From the IMG/VR virus record IMGVR_UViG_3300009419_000015: 20,000 bases of DNA; one strand, 5' to 3'. The notes beneath the pieces are model-generated. The model was not told where the DNA came from and ran no database searches. It saw only the letters and a program-made list of their open reading frames with translations. A program made the translations under genes and the position numbers. Every line of letters starts with the position of its first letter. Position 1 is the first letter of the stretch. Of the stretch, positions 1 to 7,373 are shown piece by piece. The stretch comes from an uncultured virus (IMG/VR IMGVR_UViG_3300009419_000015). Taxonomy: Duplodnaviria; Heunggongvirae; Uroviricota; Caudoviricetes.

Positions 1-1
1 G

Positions 2-1021
2 GTTAAAAAGTACTATGGCCTATATACTAAGGAAGGCGCAACCGTAATAGAGCCACCGGTTGGATATTTTGCAACTTCAGCTCAAGCACACAGGGAAAGT
101 CCAGCAGTTAAAGAAATTGCTAAGAATCTTGATATTGCTATACAGGAAAGTATTAATGATGCTATCTTGACAACTCCTCAAATAAATGACCCCGAGATAA
201 TAATCAGGCAGGGTGATCCTTATAAATATAAGGTTGTTAATGATCATTGGTTAGCCAAGAGAGATGATCAATCCAGGTGGTATGAGATTTCAGGTAAAGA
301 TTTTAAACCTGGGTTTCAGGTATCAATAAACATATTGGACACAGAAAATCCAAAGATAAGAACCAACGATGCACCAAAGAGAGAATATAGAATTAAATCA
401 GGTGACGTAAATAAAGATACCGAAACTGATGAAACATTTCTCCCGCTTGGTCTAGGAGCTGATCCGGATAAACTAGATCCAAAATTAGCCGAAAAATATA
501 ATCTTCATTTAATACCAGACGGAAAGAAAACCAATTATAGAAGTGCCCAATTACCGTTAGATATAATGAAGAATGTGTACACCAAATACAACATCAAAAA
601 TGTAATCAGATTAAATGATGATGGAAAGGACGGCAAACATCTTCCTCTACAAAGATCCGTTTCTATGGAAAAGGAAAGGGAGTTATGTAAAGAAATAGGC
701 TGTGATTTCTATAAACTCTCACCAATGGAGGACCAGGAAAAAATAAATGAATTATTATCCAAAGGTAACACACTAATACATTGCGCACATGGATCAGATA
801 GAACCGGAGGAACTGTTGGTGCATATCTATATAAAACTAAATTAAATCCAGAATTAACAACAACAGAAAAAATCTGGAAATATACAACCCAATATAATGA
901 TTGGAATAGCATCGTTACTAAGAATCCGGATGATTTTTTGGATGACGTTTATTTGAAACAAGCTCAGAAATTCGGAGTAAAAGATATAGAGGATGCAAAA
1001 AGACTCGCTAAACTAAATTAA
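2..1021 (+). CDS. Multidomain protein with C-terminal CX5R (tyrosine/dual-specificity-like) phosphatase domain; 5' partial
   Basis: The frame is open from position 2 (VKKYYGLYTKEG...) into the tracked ORF 167..1021, so the true start lies upstream of the window. Motifs NYRSAQL, IKNVIRL and P-loop IHCAHGSDRTG are present. Confidence 0.85.
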   Translation, partial: VKKYYGLYTKEGATVIEPPVGYFATSAQAHRESPAVKEIAKNLDIAIQESINDAILTTPQINDPEIIIRQGDPYKYKVVNDHWLAKRDDQSRWYEISGKDFKPGFQVSINILDTENPKIRTNDAPKREYRIKSGDVNKDTETDETFLPLGLGADPDKLDPKLAEKYNLHLIPDGKKTNYRSAQLPLDIMKNVYTKYNIKNVIRLNDDGKDGKHLPLQRSVSMEKERELCKEIGCDFYKLSPMEDQEKINELLSKGNTLIHCAHGSDRTGGTVGAYLYKTKLNPELTTTEKIWKYTTQYNDWNSIVTKNPDDFLDDVYLKQAQKFGVKDIEDAKRLAKLN

Positions 1022-1026
1022 TAAAT

Positions 1027-1314
1027 ATGAAATTAGAAGTAATTGATTTTTATGCTGAATGGTGTGGACCATGTAAAGCAATGGCTCCAGCTTTCGAGAG
1101 CTTAAAAAGTGAATATCCAGAAGGAAATGATAGCGGAGTAGTTATTACTAAGCTTAATGTTGATGAACATCAGGAAGTTGCTCAGAAATACTCCGTTAGG
1201 AATATACCAACATTGGTTTACCTTAAAGATGGTGTTGAGGTACATAGAGTATCGGGAATGCAAACTAAATCTGCTATGGATACAAAAATCAAAGAGATTT
1301 TAGCTGAGGCTTAA
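1027..1314 (+). CDS. trxA: Thioredoxin
   Basis: VIDFYAEWCGPCK active site, KLNVDE, and the RNIPTLVYLKDG cis-Pro region; 95 aa. Confidence 0.93.
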   Translation: MKLEVIDFYAEWCGPCKAMAPAFESLKSEYPEGNDSGVVITKLNVDEHQEVAQKYSVRNIPTLVYLKDGVEVHRVSGMQTKSAMDTKIKEILAEA

Positions 1315-1332
1315 TCGGTATTTAATAATAAC

Positions 1333-1366
1333 AAAAAAGGACGTCTAATATTAGACGTCCTTTTTT
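1333..1366. terminator. Bidirectional intrinsic terminator (perfect 34-bp palindrome)
   Basis: AAAAAAGGACGTCTAAT|ATTAGACGTCCTTTTTT lies between the convergent thioredoxin and 46-aa genes, with a T-tract on each strand. Confidence 0.88.
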
Positions 1367-1389
1367 TATTGTGTTTTATAGATAGATCA

Positions 1390-1530
1390 TTATCTACCCT
1401 GACCTTTATAAGATTTCTTATAATTCTTAGAACTTTTATTCTTAGATGTTCCACTCTTAGCGTGTCTATCACAAGATGTGTTCGTTTTTTTAACAAACGA
1501 AACTGCGGATTGGGTTTTTGTCTTTGCCAT
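1390..1530 (-). CDS. Small very basic phage protein ending in YKGQGR (46 aa, not in ORF track)
   Basis: Hand translation gives MAKTKTQSAVSFVKKTNTSCDRHAKSGTSKNKSSKNYKKSYKGQGR*. The start context is A-rich and the gene fills the gap between the endolysin and the terminator. The C-terminus matches the recurrent small phage protein type ending Y[RK]GQG[RK]. Confidence 0.85.
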   Translation of the reverse strand: MAKTKTQSAVSFVKKTNTSCDRHAKSGTSKNKSSKNYKKSYKGQGR

Positions 1531-1576
1531 TTTTATAATGATCTTTTTTTATTTTATGAATTGATTTTATACAATT

Positions 1577-2398
1577 CTATTTTAAAAGAGCGTAATACTC
1601 TTTAAAGTGTTTGATTCTATCAGCAAGACCGATTGTACCACCATTAACTCTTCTAGTTACTGAAGTAACAACAGCATCAGTAGCACCTTGATCACAAATA
1701 GACCAAAGTTTATTGTTGTTGAAGAACCAAGCTGCAGAAGCTAGTGGATATTTAGTAGAAACTAAATCAGGATTTGCTAGAATGTCATCATCAACAAATT
1801 TATCGAATGATGTGTAGTTAGCTTTACCTGTTAATTGAATATAACCTCTTCCTCTAAATTTAAACCCTTCTTTAGAAGCTTCGTCACCATTACCCATTCT
1901 TCCACCATAAACTCTAGCAGCAATCTTTTCAGGTTGTCTTGCATAAGATTCATTAAGTTTTCCTGGGAAATATTTTGGGAAGATCTTTTTAAGACCATCA
2001 GCAGAGTAGTTAAGATTTTCACTAACTGCTTTGAACCCACCAGATTCATGTCCACACTGAGCTAAGAAGTGAGCCAATCTTAAGGTGTTACTAATACCAA
2101 ATTTTGCTGCCGTAGCAGGAATCTGAGCAATAACAGCATCAGGAATATGACCTTTAAGAGCTGCTAATTTGAAATCTGAAGCAGGTATAGCAACTGGAGC
2201 AGCAGCAACTGGAGCAGCACCGAATAATTTAGTCCATGTTCCAACACCAACAACACCATCAGCAGTTAATCCATTAGCTGCTTGCCATGCTTTAACCTTA
2301 GCTTCTGTACCAGGACCGAAAGAGCCATCAGCAGTTAGTCCTAATTTAGCTTGGAGTTTTTTTACGTCTTCTCCTTTAGACCCATTCTTTAATAACAT
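1577..2398 (-). CDS. Modular endolysin: N-terminal peptidoglycan-binding domain plus GH19 catalytic domain
   Basis: LKNGSKGEDVKKLQ..ADGSFGPGT..WQAANGLTADGVVG is a PG_binding_1-type domain. After an Ala/Pro linker come GH19 motifs AHFLAQCGHESG, ENLNYS, FRGRGYIQLTGK and VTRRVNGG. Confidence 0.93.
   Translation of the reverse strand: MLLKNGSKGEDVKKLQAKLGLTADGSFGPGTEAKVKAWQAANGLTADGVVGVGTWTKLFGAAPVAAAPVAIPASDFKLAALKGHIPDAVIAQIPATAAKFGISNTLRLAHFLAQCGHESGGFKAVSENLNYSADGLKKIFPKYFPGKLNESYARQPEKIAARVYGGRMGNGDEASKEGFKFRGRGYIQLTGKANYTSFDKFVDDDILANPDLVSTKYPLASAAWFFNNNKLWSICDQGATDAVVTSVTRRVNGGTIGLADRIKHFKEYYALLK
2189..2218. repeat. 2 x 15-bp tandem repeat in the endolysin linker (AAPVA x2)
   Basis: AGCAACTGGAGCAGC at 2189-2203 and 2204-2218. 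Confidence 0.85.
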
Positions 2399-2417
2399 AA
2401 GTTTTGGTTTTTATTTT

Positions 2418-2425
2418 TATATATT
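2418..2425 (-). promoter_or_regulatory. RATATATA motif (putative late promoter) upstream of the endolysin
   Basis: AATATATA on the minus strand, 19 nt before the ATG at 2398. Confidence 0.45.
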
Positions 2426-2450
2426 CCAAACACCAAAAAAAATACGTACA

Positions 2451-2482
2451 TTTTTTTATACCGTAATAATAAATTACATTTA
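2451..2482 (+). promoter_or_regulatory. Putative early/host-type promoter (variant -7 box TACATTTA)
   Basis: TTTTTTTATA-CCG-N11-TACATTTA has the same architecture as the copies at 3731, 11682, 14652 and 18027. Confidence 0.55.
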
Positions 2483-2547
2483 CCGAACATTAGACAAGAG
2501 CCTAATGGAACATATAATTTTAATATAATATAAAAATAAAAGAATCA

Positions 2548-2907
2548 ATGAAAAAATTAGCATTTTTACTACTATTAGTTGTTACATTAGCATCGTGTAA
2601 TCATACTGAATATCCAATATACAAGTACGGTACCGAATCGGAAATTCCGGACTCATTAAGAGTAAAATATGCGGAGTGGGTAACAGAAACAGTGAAAGCA
2701 TCCAATAACAACATGACCGGTGGTGATTACGAAGATCCGGAGGATGTTGTATCACAGGTTGAGATTACCGGACATAATATATTTTCGGTGGAAGTAGAGG
2801 GTATGTACATCACGGAATGCTCCGAATGTATGTGGGATTTTACACCGGTTTCTAAAATGACACCCAAACAACTTATAATTTTTAATAGAATCAAAGAAAA
2901 TCGATAA
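2548..2907 (+). CDS. Putative lipoprotein, unknown function
   Basis: MKKLAFLLLLVVTLAS-C is a signal peptide II with lipobox. Confidence 0.78.
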   Translation: MKKLAFLLLLVVTLASCNHTEYPIYKYGTESEIPDSLRVKYAEWVTETVKASNNNMTGGDYEDPEDVVSQVEITGHNIFSVEVEGMYITECSECMWDFTPVSKMTPKQLIIFNRIKENR

Positions 2908-2926
2908 TAAATAAAAAACTAAATAT

Positions 2927-3619
2927 ATGAAATATCTATCAATCGATATTGAGACCACCGGTCTAAATCCAGAGAAAAATGAAATACTATCGATCGGGGT
3001 TATTGTAGAGGACACAAACAATAAGCTTCCGTTCGAAGAAATTCCAAAATTCCATGTTGCAATTAAGAGAGAAGAAATTACCGGATCTCCATTTGCCATC
3101 AATATGAACAGGGATCTAATCGAGGCTATCGTTCATTATCAGGAGGCAGAATCACTGGATGAAAAGAATGATTTGGTTCATATGACCGGTATGCAATTTT
3201 TAAACGAAAGTGATGTTGCTGATGCACTATTTAGATTCCTGTATGATAACGGGATGGTTAAAAAAGAAGATACCAGTGGATGGAGCCATGCACAAACTGG
3301 TGAACATTTCAGAATCATTAACGGCAAGTCATATCCCGTATTGAAATCCAATATGAATCCGGTTTCTTTAAATGTAGCAGGTAAAAACTTTGGAACATTT
3401 GATAAATTGTTTATAGAGAAACTTCCGAGATGGAAACAAATATTCAGGATTAAGCAAAGAATTATTGATCCATCTATATTATTTACCAATTGGATCGAGG
3501 ATGATTCATTGCCTTCATTAAATCAATGTAAGCAGAGAGCTAAGATAGATGGAGCGGTTACTCATAATGCTTTGGAAGATGCATGGGACGTTGTAGAATT
3601 ACTACGAACACAGTATTAG
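2927..3619 (+). CDS. DEDDh 3'-5' exonuclease (DnaQ/oligoribonuclease-like)
   Basis: ExoI SIDIETTG, ExoII GKNFGTFD and ExoIII HNALEDA. Confidence 0.9.
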   Translation: MKYLSIDIETTGLNPEKNEILSIGVIVEDTNNKLPFEEIPKFHVAIKREEITGSPFAINMNRDLIEAIVHYQEAESLDEKNDLVHMTGMQFLNESDVADALFRFLYDNGMVKKEDTSGWSHAQTGEHFRIINGKSYPVLKSNMNPVSLNVAGKNFGTFDKLFIEKLPRWKQIFRIKQRIIDPSILFTNWIEDDSLPSLNQCKQRAKIDGAVTHNALEDAWDVVELLRTQY

Positions 3620-3730
3620 TATAAGCTAAAATAAAAGCTTTTAAGGACGTCTTTTATTTTTACTGATGTAGATGTATTAAAATGTATTTAATTCAGCAGG
3701 GATTAAAAAATCAATAAAAAATCAATAAAA

Positions 3731-3762
3731 TTTTTTTATTCCGAGTTGTGGTCTTATATTTG
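3731..3762 (+). promoter_or_regulatory. Putative early/host-type promoter with Bacteroidota -7 box
   Basis: TTTTTTTATT-CCG-N11-TATATTTG. TAnnTTTG is the established Bacteroidota primary-sigma -7 element. Confidence 0.7.
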
Positions 3763-3794
3763 TAATGTATTTAAAAACAAAACAATTAGGAGAT

Positions 3795-4313
3795 ATGAAA
3801 AATTTAATTTTAATCACAGTTTTAGTTTACGGAACGTTAACGTCTGCACAGGTAAAAGGTCAATCTACAGGAACGACATTCAAAGACGAATTAACAAGAT
3901 TCGTAGATAGCACAGTGAATTCATCAGGTAAAGGTCTTAAAAAATTGGATCGATTTGAAGCTGGATGTTATTCTCATGTTAAGGAGAAAAAATTCGGAGA
4001 GCCTGTTGCACCATACACGAGATCAGTGGCACATAGCCATAACATCACAAGTTATACTGACAAGGATGGTAATGGTAACATAAATCCTGAAAAATACGGA
4101 ATCAAATTGACTAAGGAAATCTATGCGTCAAAAATAAATAAGATATTAAATGATCCCAACAATGTCGAGGCTAATTACGATTCATATTACTTCACAATCG
4201 TAAACATAAAAGGTTCTTACTATTTAGTTTTTGCAATGGGCTATTTGGATCCAGTTGACAGTGACGAAAAATTGAATGCAGAATTTAATAAGGCAATGGA
4301 AACTACTAATTAG
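3795..4313 (+). CDS. Putative secreted protein (signal peptide I), unknown function
   Basis: The start is re-called at ATG 3795 (AGGAGA upstream) because the tracked ATG 3765 abuts the promoter -7 box. MKNLILITVLVYGTLTSAQVKGQ looks like a signal peptide. Confidence 0.7.
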   Translation: MKNLILITVLVYGTLTSAQVKGQSTGTTFKDELTRFVDSTVNSSGKGLKKLDRFEAGCYSHVKEKKFGEPVAPYTRSVAHSHNITSYTDKDGNGNINPEKYGIKLTKEIYASKINKILNDPNNVEANYDSYYFTIVNIKGSYYLVFAMGYLDPVDSDEKLNAEFNKAMETTN

Positions 4314-4328
4314 AATCCAATATATAAT

Positions 4329-4364
4329 AAAAAACCCTCAGATTTTAAAATCTGAGGGTTTTTT
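4329..4364. terminator. Bidirectional intrinsic terminator (perfect 36-bp palindrome)
   Basis: AAAAAACCCTCAGATTTT|AAAATCTGAGGGTTTTTT between convergent genes. Confidence 0.9.
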
Positions 4365-4387
4365 GTTTATTATTATTTCCTTTAGTA

Positions 4388-5581
4388 TTAAGCTATGACT
4401 GAAGAATTTAATTGAATTACTGCCTGAGCTATAACTATTTTATCAGCTTTGTTTGAATCTTCTGATGCCATGTAAACTAATTCAGGAGTTGTTTTATCAA
4501 CCGGTGCTAAATATTCACCCTCAACGTTAAGTGTAACTCTTCTCCAAGTCTTTCTGTCTTCAGTACTTGCTTTTGGTTGGATATCCAATTTATCAGAAAC
4601 CTTAACATCAGCATCCTTGAAAGAAGGAGTGGATTTAATATAATCAGCAACTGCTTGAGCTCTTTCTCTACAAAGTGCTTCGTTTCTAGCTTTATCACCT
4701 TCTTGTGATGCTCCACCAGTAACAGTAATACTATTGGCAGAAGCAACGTTACCTAGTGCTGCTAATATTGCTGCTTTACCTTCCTCTTTAAGAACTGATT
4801 TATTAACATCAAAAAGAGTGTTATCGTCCTGGATAACGATAGGCTTTAATGTTTCTGCAGTTGTTGTTTTAGGTCTCACGAACTGTATAACCTCCCTAGA
4901 TTCATATTCCACTCCTCCCTGAGGAATGATTTTAACTGGATAGTAGAAATAATACTGTACACTTATGGAGTCTGAACCTTTTCTATCGGCAGGTTGAGGT
5001 GCACTCAAAAATCCTGAGGGTGTTTTTAAAACCTGATTCTTAACCGGATTATCATATCTCCACACTTTAGCATCAAGTTTAGCCTGGTTGTCCACGATAA
5101 TATATTGATTAGCTGGTCCTGATCCCACAATAAAATCGCCGGCACTTTTTTCACCCGATGTAAACTTTTTCTTACTGTCATCGTAATACAGATACTTGGC
5201 TGCAGAAAGATTTGCTAGGTTTAATTTGGCTAAATATTGGGCAAATCCTATTCTTTTACCCGCTCCATCAAGAACTGAACCACCTAAAAGATTAGCATAT
5301 TCCATCTCTTGCAGATCAAAATCAATTCCAGTAATTTCCGTTACGTCTGTCCTTGTCATCTTGGATAGACAAGCATTCATACGTGCTAGATCTATTTGTT
5401 TATCACCTTTACCCTGATTAATTACTTCCTCAATAGCGCCTAATGCCTTTCTTCCTTTAGCATCCAGACCCTCAGCAGCTAATGCTGTTTTAAGCTCAGT
5501 AAAGTCAGATACTTTTAATCCTTCATTAATAGCAAATTTTAAGAACTCGCTAAAGCTCTCGAATACTGGTTTATTTTCCAT
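4388..5581 (-). CDS. OmpA C-terminal-like (peptidoglycan-binding) domain protein, no signal peptide
   Basis: LFDVNKSVLKEEG..ITVTGGASQEG..RNEALCRERAQAVADYI..WRRVTL at about aa 255-355. The N-terminal ~250 aa are unrecognised. Confidence 0.82.
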   Translation of the reverse strand: MENKPVFESFSEFLKFAINEGLKVSDFTELKTALAAEGLDAKGRKALGAIEEVINQGKGDKQIDLARMNACLSKMTRTDVTEITGIDFDLQEMEYANLLGGSVLDGAGKRIGFAQYLAKLNLANLSAAKYLYYDDSKKKFTSGEKSAGDFIVGSGPANQYIIVDNQAKLDAKVWRYDNPVKNQVLKTPSGFLSAPQPADRKGSDSISVQYYFYYPVKIIPQGGVEYESREVIQFVRPKTTTAETLKPIVIQDDNTLFDVNKSVLKEEGKAAILAALGNVASANSITVTGGASQEGDKARNEALCRERAQAVADYIKSTPSFKDADVKVSDKLDIQPKASTEDRKTWRRVTLNVEGEYLAPVDKTTPELVYMASEDSNKADKIVIAQAVIQLNSSVIA

Positions 5582-5605
5582 TTTATTATTGTTTTTATTT
5601 TTTAT

Positions 5606-5620
5606 TATATATTATATATC
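5606..5620 (-). promoter_or_regulatory. Tandem RATATATA motifs (putative late promoter)
   Basis: The minus strand reads GATATATAATATATA upstream of the ATG at 5581. Confidence 0.5.
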
Positions 5621-5647
5621 TACCATAAAAATAGTGATATGTTCCGA

Positions 5648-7063
5648 TTATCCCGGATAACCTTCATTTTTATGTATTCTCTCAAATAAGCTTTTCTGTT
5701 TGGATTCATTAAGATATTTGGAAAGTTCCTTAACTCTTTCAAAGTCTCTGTTATCCAATGCTTGATCTATAAGCTTTTCAAGATCTCTTTTAGCAAGTTG
5801 GGAGTAGTCAGTTTCTTCATCCTCTGCAGGTTCTGCATTTCCTGATGGTTCCGATTTATATTCATCCTCATCGTCATCATTTCTATCTATTCCAGCTGCT
5901 CCTAATTCATAGTCACTAATTTCTTTAGCAACTTCATCAATTATTTCTTGCATGTCTTTTTTAGCTGATGCTTCATCTGATAGTATTCTAAGAATCAGAT
6001 CAAGAAATCCAGATGCTTCCATAAGCATCATCTTACCAAAAACATGTTCTCTTAGATTTGTTATCTTATCAGCCTCAGGGAATTCATTAATAAAGTCTCT
6101 AAGATCAGCTGCAATTTCTGGCCCGTATCTAAGATCTTCGATCTCATCAGCCAGAGAATCAGTATTTGTTATTACTATTTCTGATGATTCCTCATCTTCA
6201 GGTATTGCATTTGCTGCTATTAATTCATAGATACCTTTAACAGTTTCATGAAGAAGCATAGCGAAATCAGTTCCAAATGCATAAATGGTTGGTTTTGTTT
6301 GGTCAAATAGTTCTTCAGTCTCCTCAGCTGGGATTTCATCGTCGTTCATTAGCTGATCTAAGATATCCTGAGCAAGATCTTCGTTACTTTTGAAATCTTC
6401 TGGTGTTTCCCATTGTACCTTAACTGATCCAGAAAATCCTGATTTATCCCTTTCCCACATTTCCTTTTGAACCTCCATAGGAATTGCCCAGTCAAAGAAT
6501 CCAGCTATTTCTGTTATTTTGTTAAGTAGATCTTTATATTCTTTACCAATCTCAGCTCCAAGGATTTGAGTTAATCCTTGAGAAACCTCAGGTAGATTTA
6601 ACATTAGCTTCGTATTTTTAGCTTCTCCCTGAGTTATATTATTAGCAATCTTTCTTTTGTGTATTTCAGAGATTATACCGGCATCCTTTAATTCCTTCAA
6701 TTGAGGCATTTCAGGTGGTTCTGGTTGAACATTTTCCATCGACTTTTTAATCTCGTCGCTCTTTGGAAATTTAATTCTTAATTCAACTTCCTCTAATATG
6801 TCACCGTACATTGTTCGAATAGCTCTTTCAGCAAGCGCTTCCAATTCTGCTTCGTGTCCTCTCTGAATCTGTTTAGCTCTAGACACCAACCCCATAAACT
6901 GTGGTATCTCTCTACCATGTCTCCTTTGCAACTCTGCATTTCTCTCTGATGCTCTTGCTTCAACATCGGAAAGGTATGATCCGGGCTTCCCGCCTTCTCC
7001 AGGTATACCTGGATTTCCTTGTAGCGAGGCTTCTTGTAATTTTTCTCTAAATGATTTAATCAT
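5648..7063 (-). CDS. Acidic phage hypothetical protein (471 aa) with C-terminal IDEAL/UVR-like helical hairpin
   Basis: Long clean ORF with central DFAMLLHETVKGIYE and DEIEDLRYGPEIA blocks, an acidic linker, then LEKLIDQALDNRDFERVKELS. Confidence 0.75.
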   Translation of the reverse strand: MIKSFREKLQEASLQGNPGIPGEGGKPGSYLSDVEARASERNAELQRRHGREIPQFMGLVSRAKQIQRGHEAELEALAERAIRTMYGDILEEVELRIKFPKSDEIKKSMENVQPEPPEMPQLKELKDAGIISEIHKRKIANNITQGEAKNTKLMLNLPEVSQGLTQILGAEIGKEYKDLLNKITEIAGFFDWAIPMEVQKEMWERDKSGFSGSVKVQWETPEDFKSNEDLAQDILDQLMNDDEIPAEETEELFDQTKPTIYAFGTDFAMLLHETVKGIYELIAANAIPEDEESSEIVITNTDSLADEIEDLRYGPEIAADLRDFINEFPEADKITNLREHVFGKMMLMEASGFLDLILRILSDEASAKKDMQEIIDEVAKEISDYELGAAGIDRNDDDEDEYKSEPSGNAEPAEDEETDYSQLAKRDLEKLIDQALDNRDFERVKELSKYLNESKQKSLFERIHKNEGYPG

Positions 7064-7322
7064 TGTATTTAGCTTTTAATTTTGTTAGATTAAATTTTAT
7101 CGGAGTTTCAGATTTTCTAAGCTCCGTTTTGAATCTTTCCATAACATCCTTTAATTTTGCTTTTGGAGCAGGTTCTGTTGATGGCTTATCCCTTCTTATA
7201 GGACTAGGTCTTGATGGAGTTGGTCTAGTTCCAGGCGAAGTACCAGGTTTAGTTGCTGGCTGTCCAGGTTTAGTTGCTGGCTGCGAAGCTAAAAACTCAT
7301 CGATATTTGTGTATAGTCTCAT
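7056..7322 (-). CDS. Pro/Lys-rich small hypothetical protein
   Basis: 88 aa. It overlaps the start of the 471-aa gene by 8 bp (ATGATTAA), suggesting translational coupling, and has an A-rich start context. Confidence 0.78.
   Translation of the reverse strand: MRLYTNIDEFLASQPATKPGQPATKPGTSPGTRPTPSRPSPIRRDKPSTEPAPKAKLKDVMERFKTELRKSETPIKFNLTKLKAKYND
7243..7283. repeat. In-frame tandem duplication, 21-nt period (QPATKPG x2)
   Basis: CCAGGTTTAGTTGCTGGCTG at 7243-7262 and 7264-7283. Confidence 0.88.
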
Positions 7323-7342
7323 TTTTTTATGTTTTTGATTTG

Positions 7343-7352
7343 AATATATATC
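7343..7352. promoter_or_regulatory. Overlapping divergent RATATATA motifs (putative bidirectional late promoter)
   Basis: AATATATATC reads AATATATA on + and GATATATA on -, centred in the 51-bp gap between divergent genes. Confidence 0.55.
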
Positions 7353-7373
7353 GAAAGATAAATTATAGATATT

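Noticed and set aside
167..169. TTG start of the first ORF
   Set aside because: The frame is open to the window edge, so the gene starts upstream.
1311..1605. Tracked ORFs 1311..1496 (-) and 1369..1605 (+)
   Set aside because: They overlap the terminator and are shadows of the better 46-aa gene at 1390..1530.
2548..2907. Lipoprotein as o-spanin of a lysis cassette
   Set aside because: It is divergent from the endolysin, sits under the other promoter class, and has no i-spanin or holin beside it.
3620..3730. Possible ncRNA or terminator in the longest intergenic gap (AAAATAAAAG..CTTTTATTTT; AAAAAATCAAT x2)
   Set aside because: Only a weak AT-rich stem and a short duplication; no tRNA cloverleaf or stable fold is evident.
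7243..7283. CRISPR-like repeat
   Set aside because: Only two adjacent in-frame copies with no spacer; it is a coding duplication.
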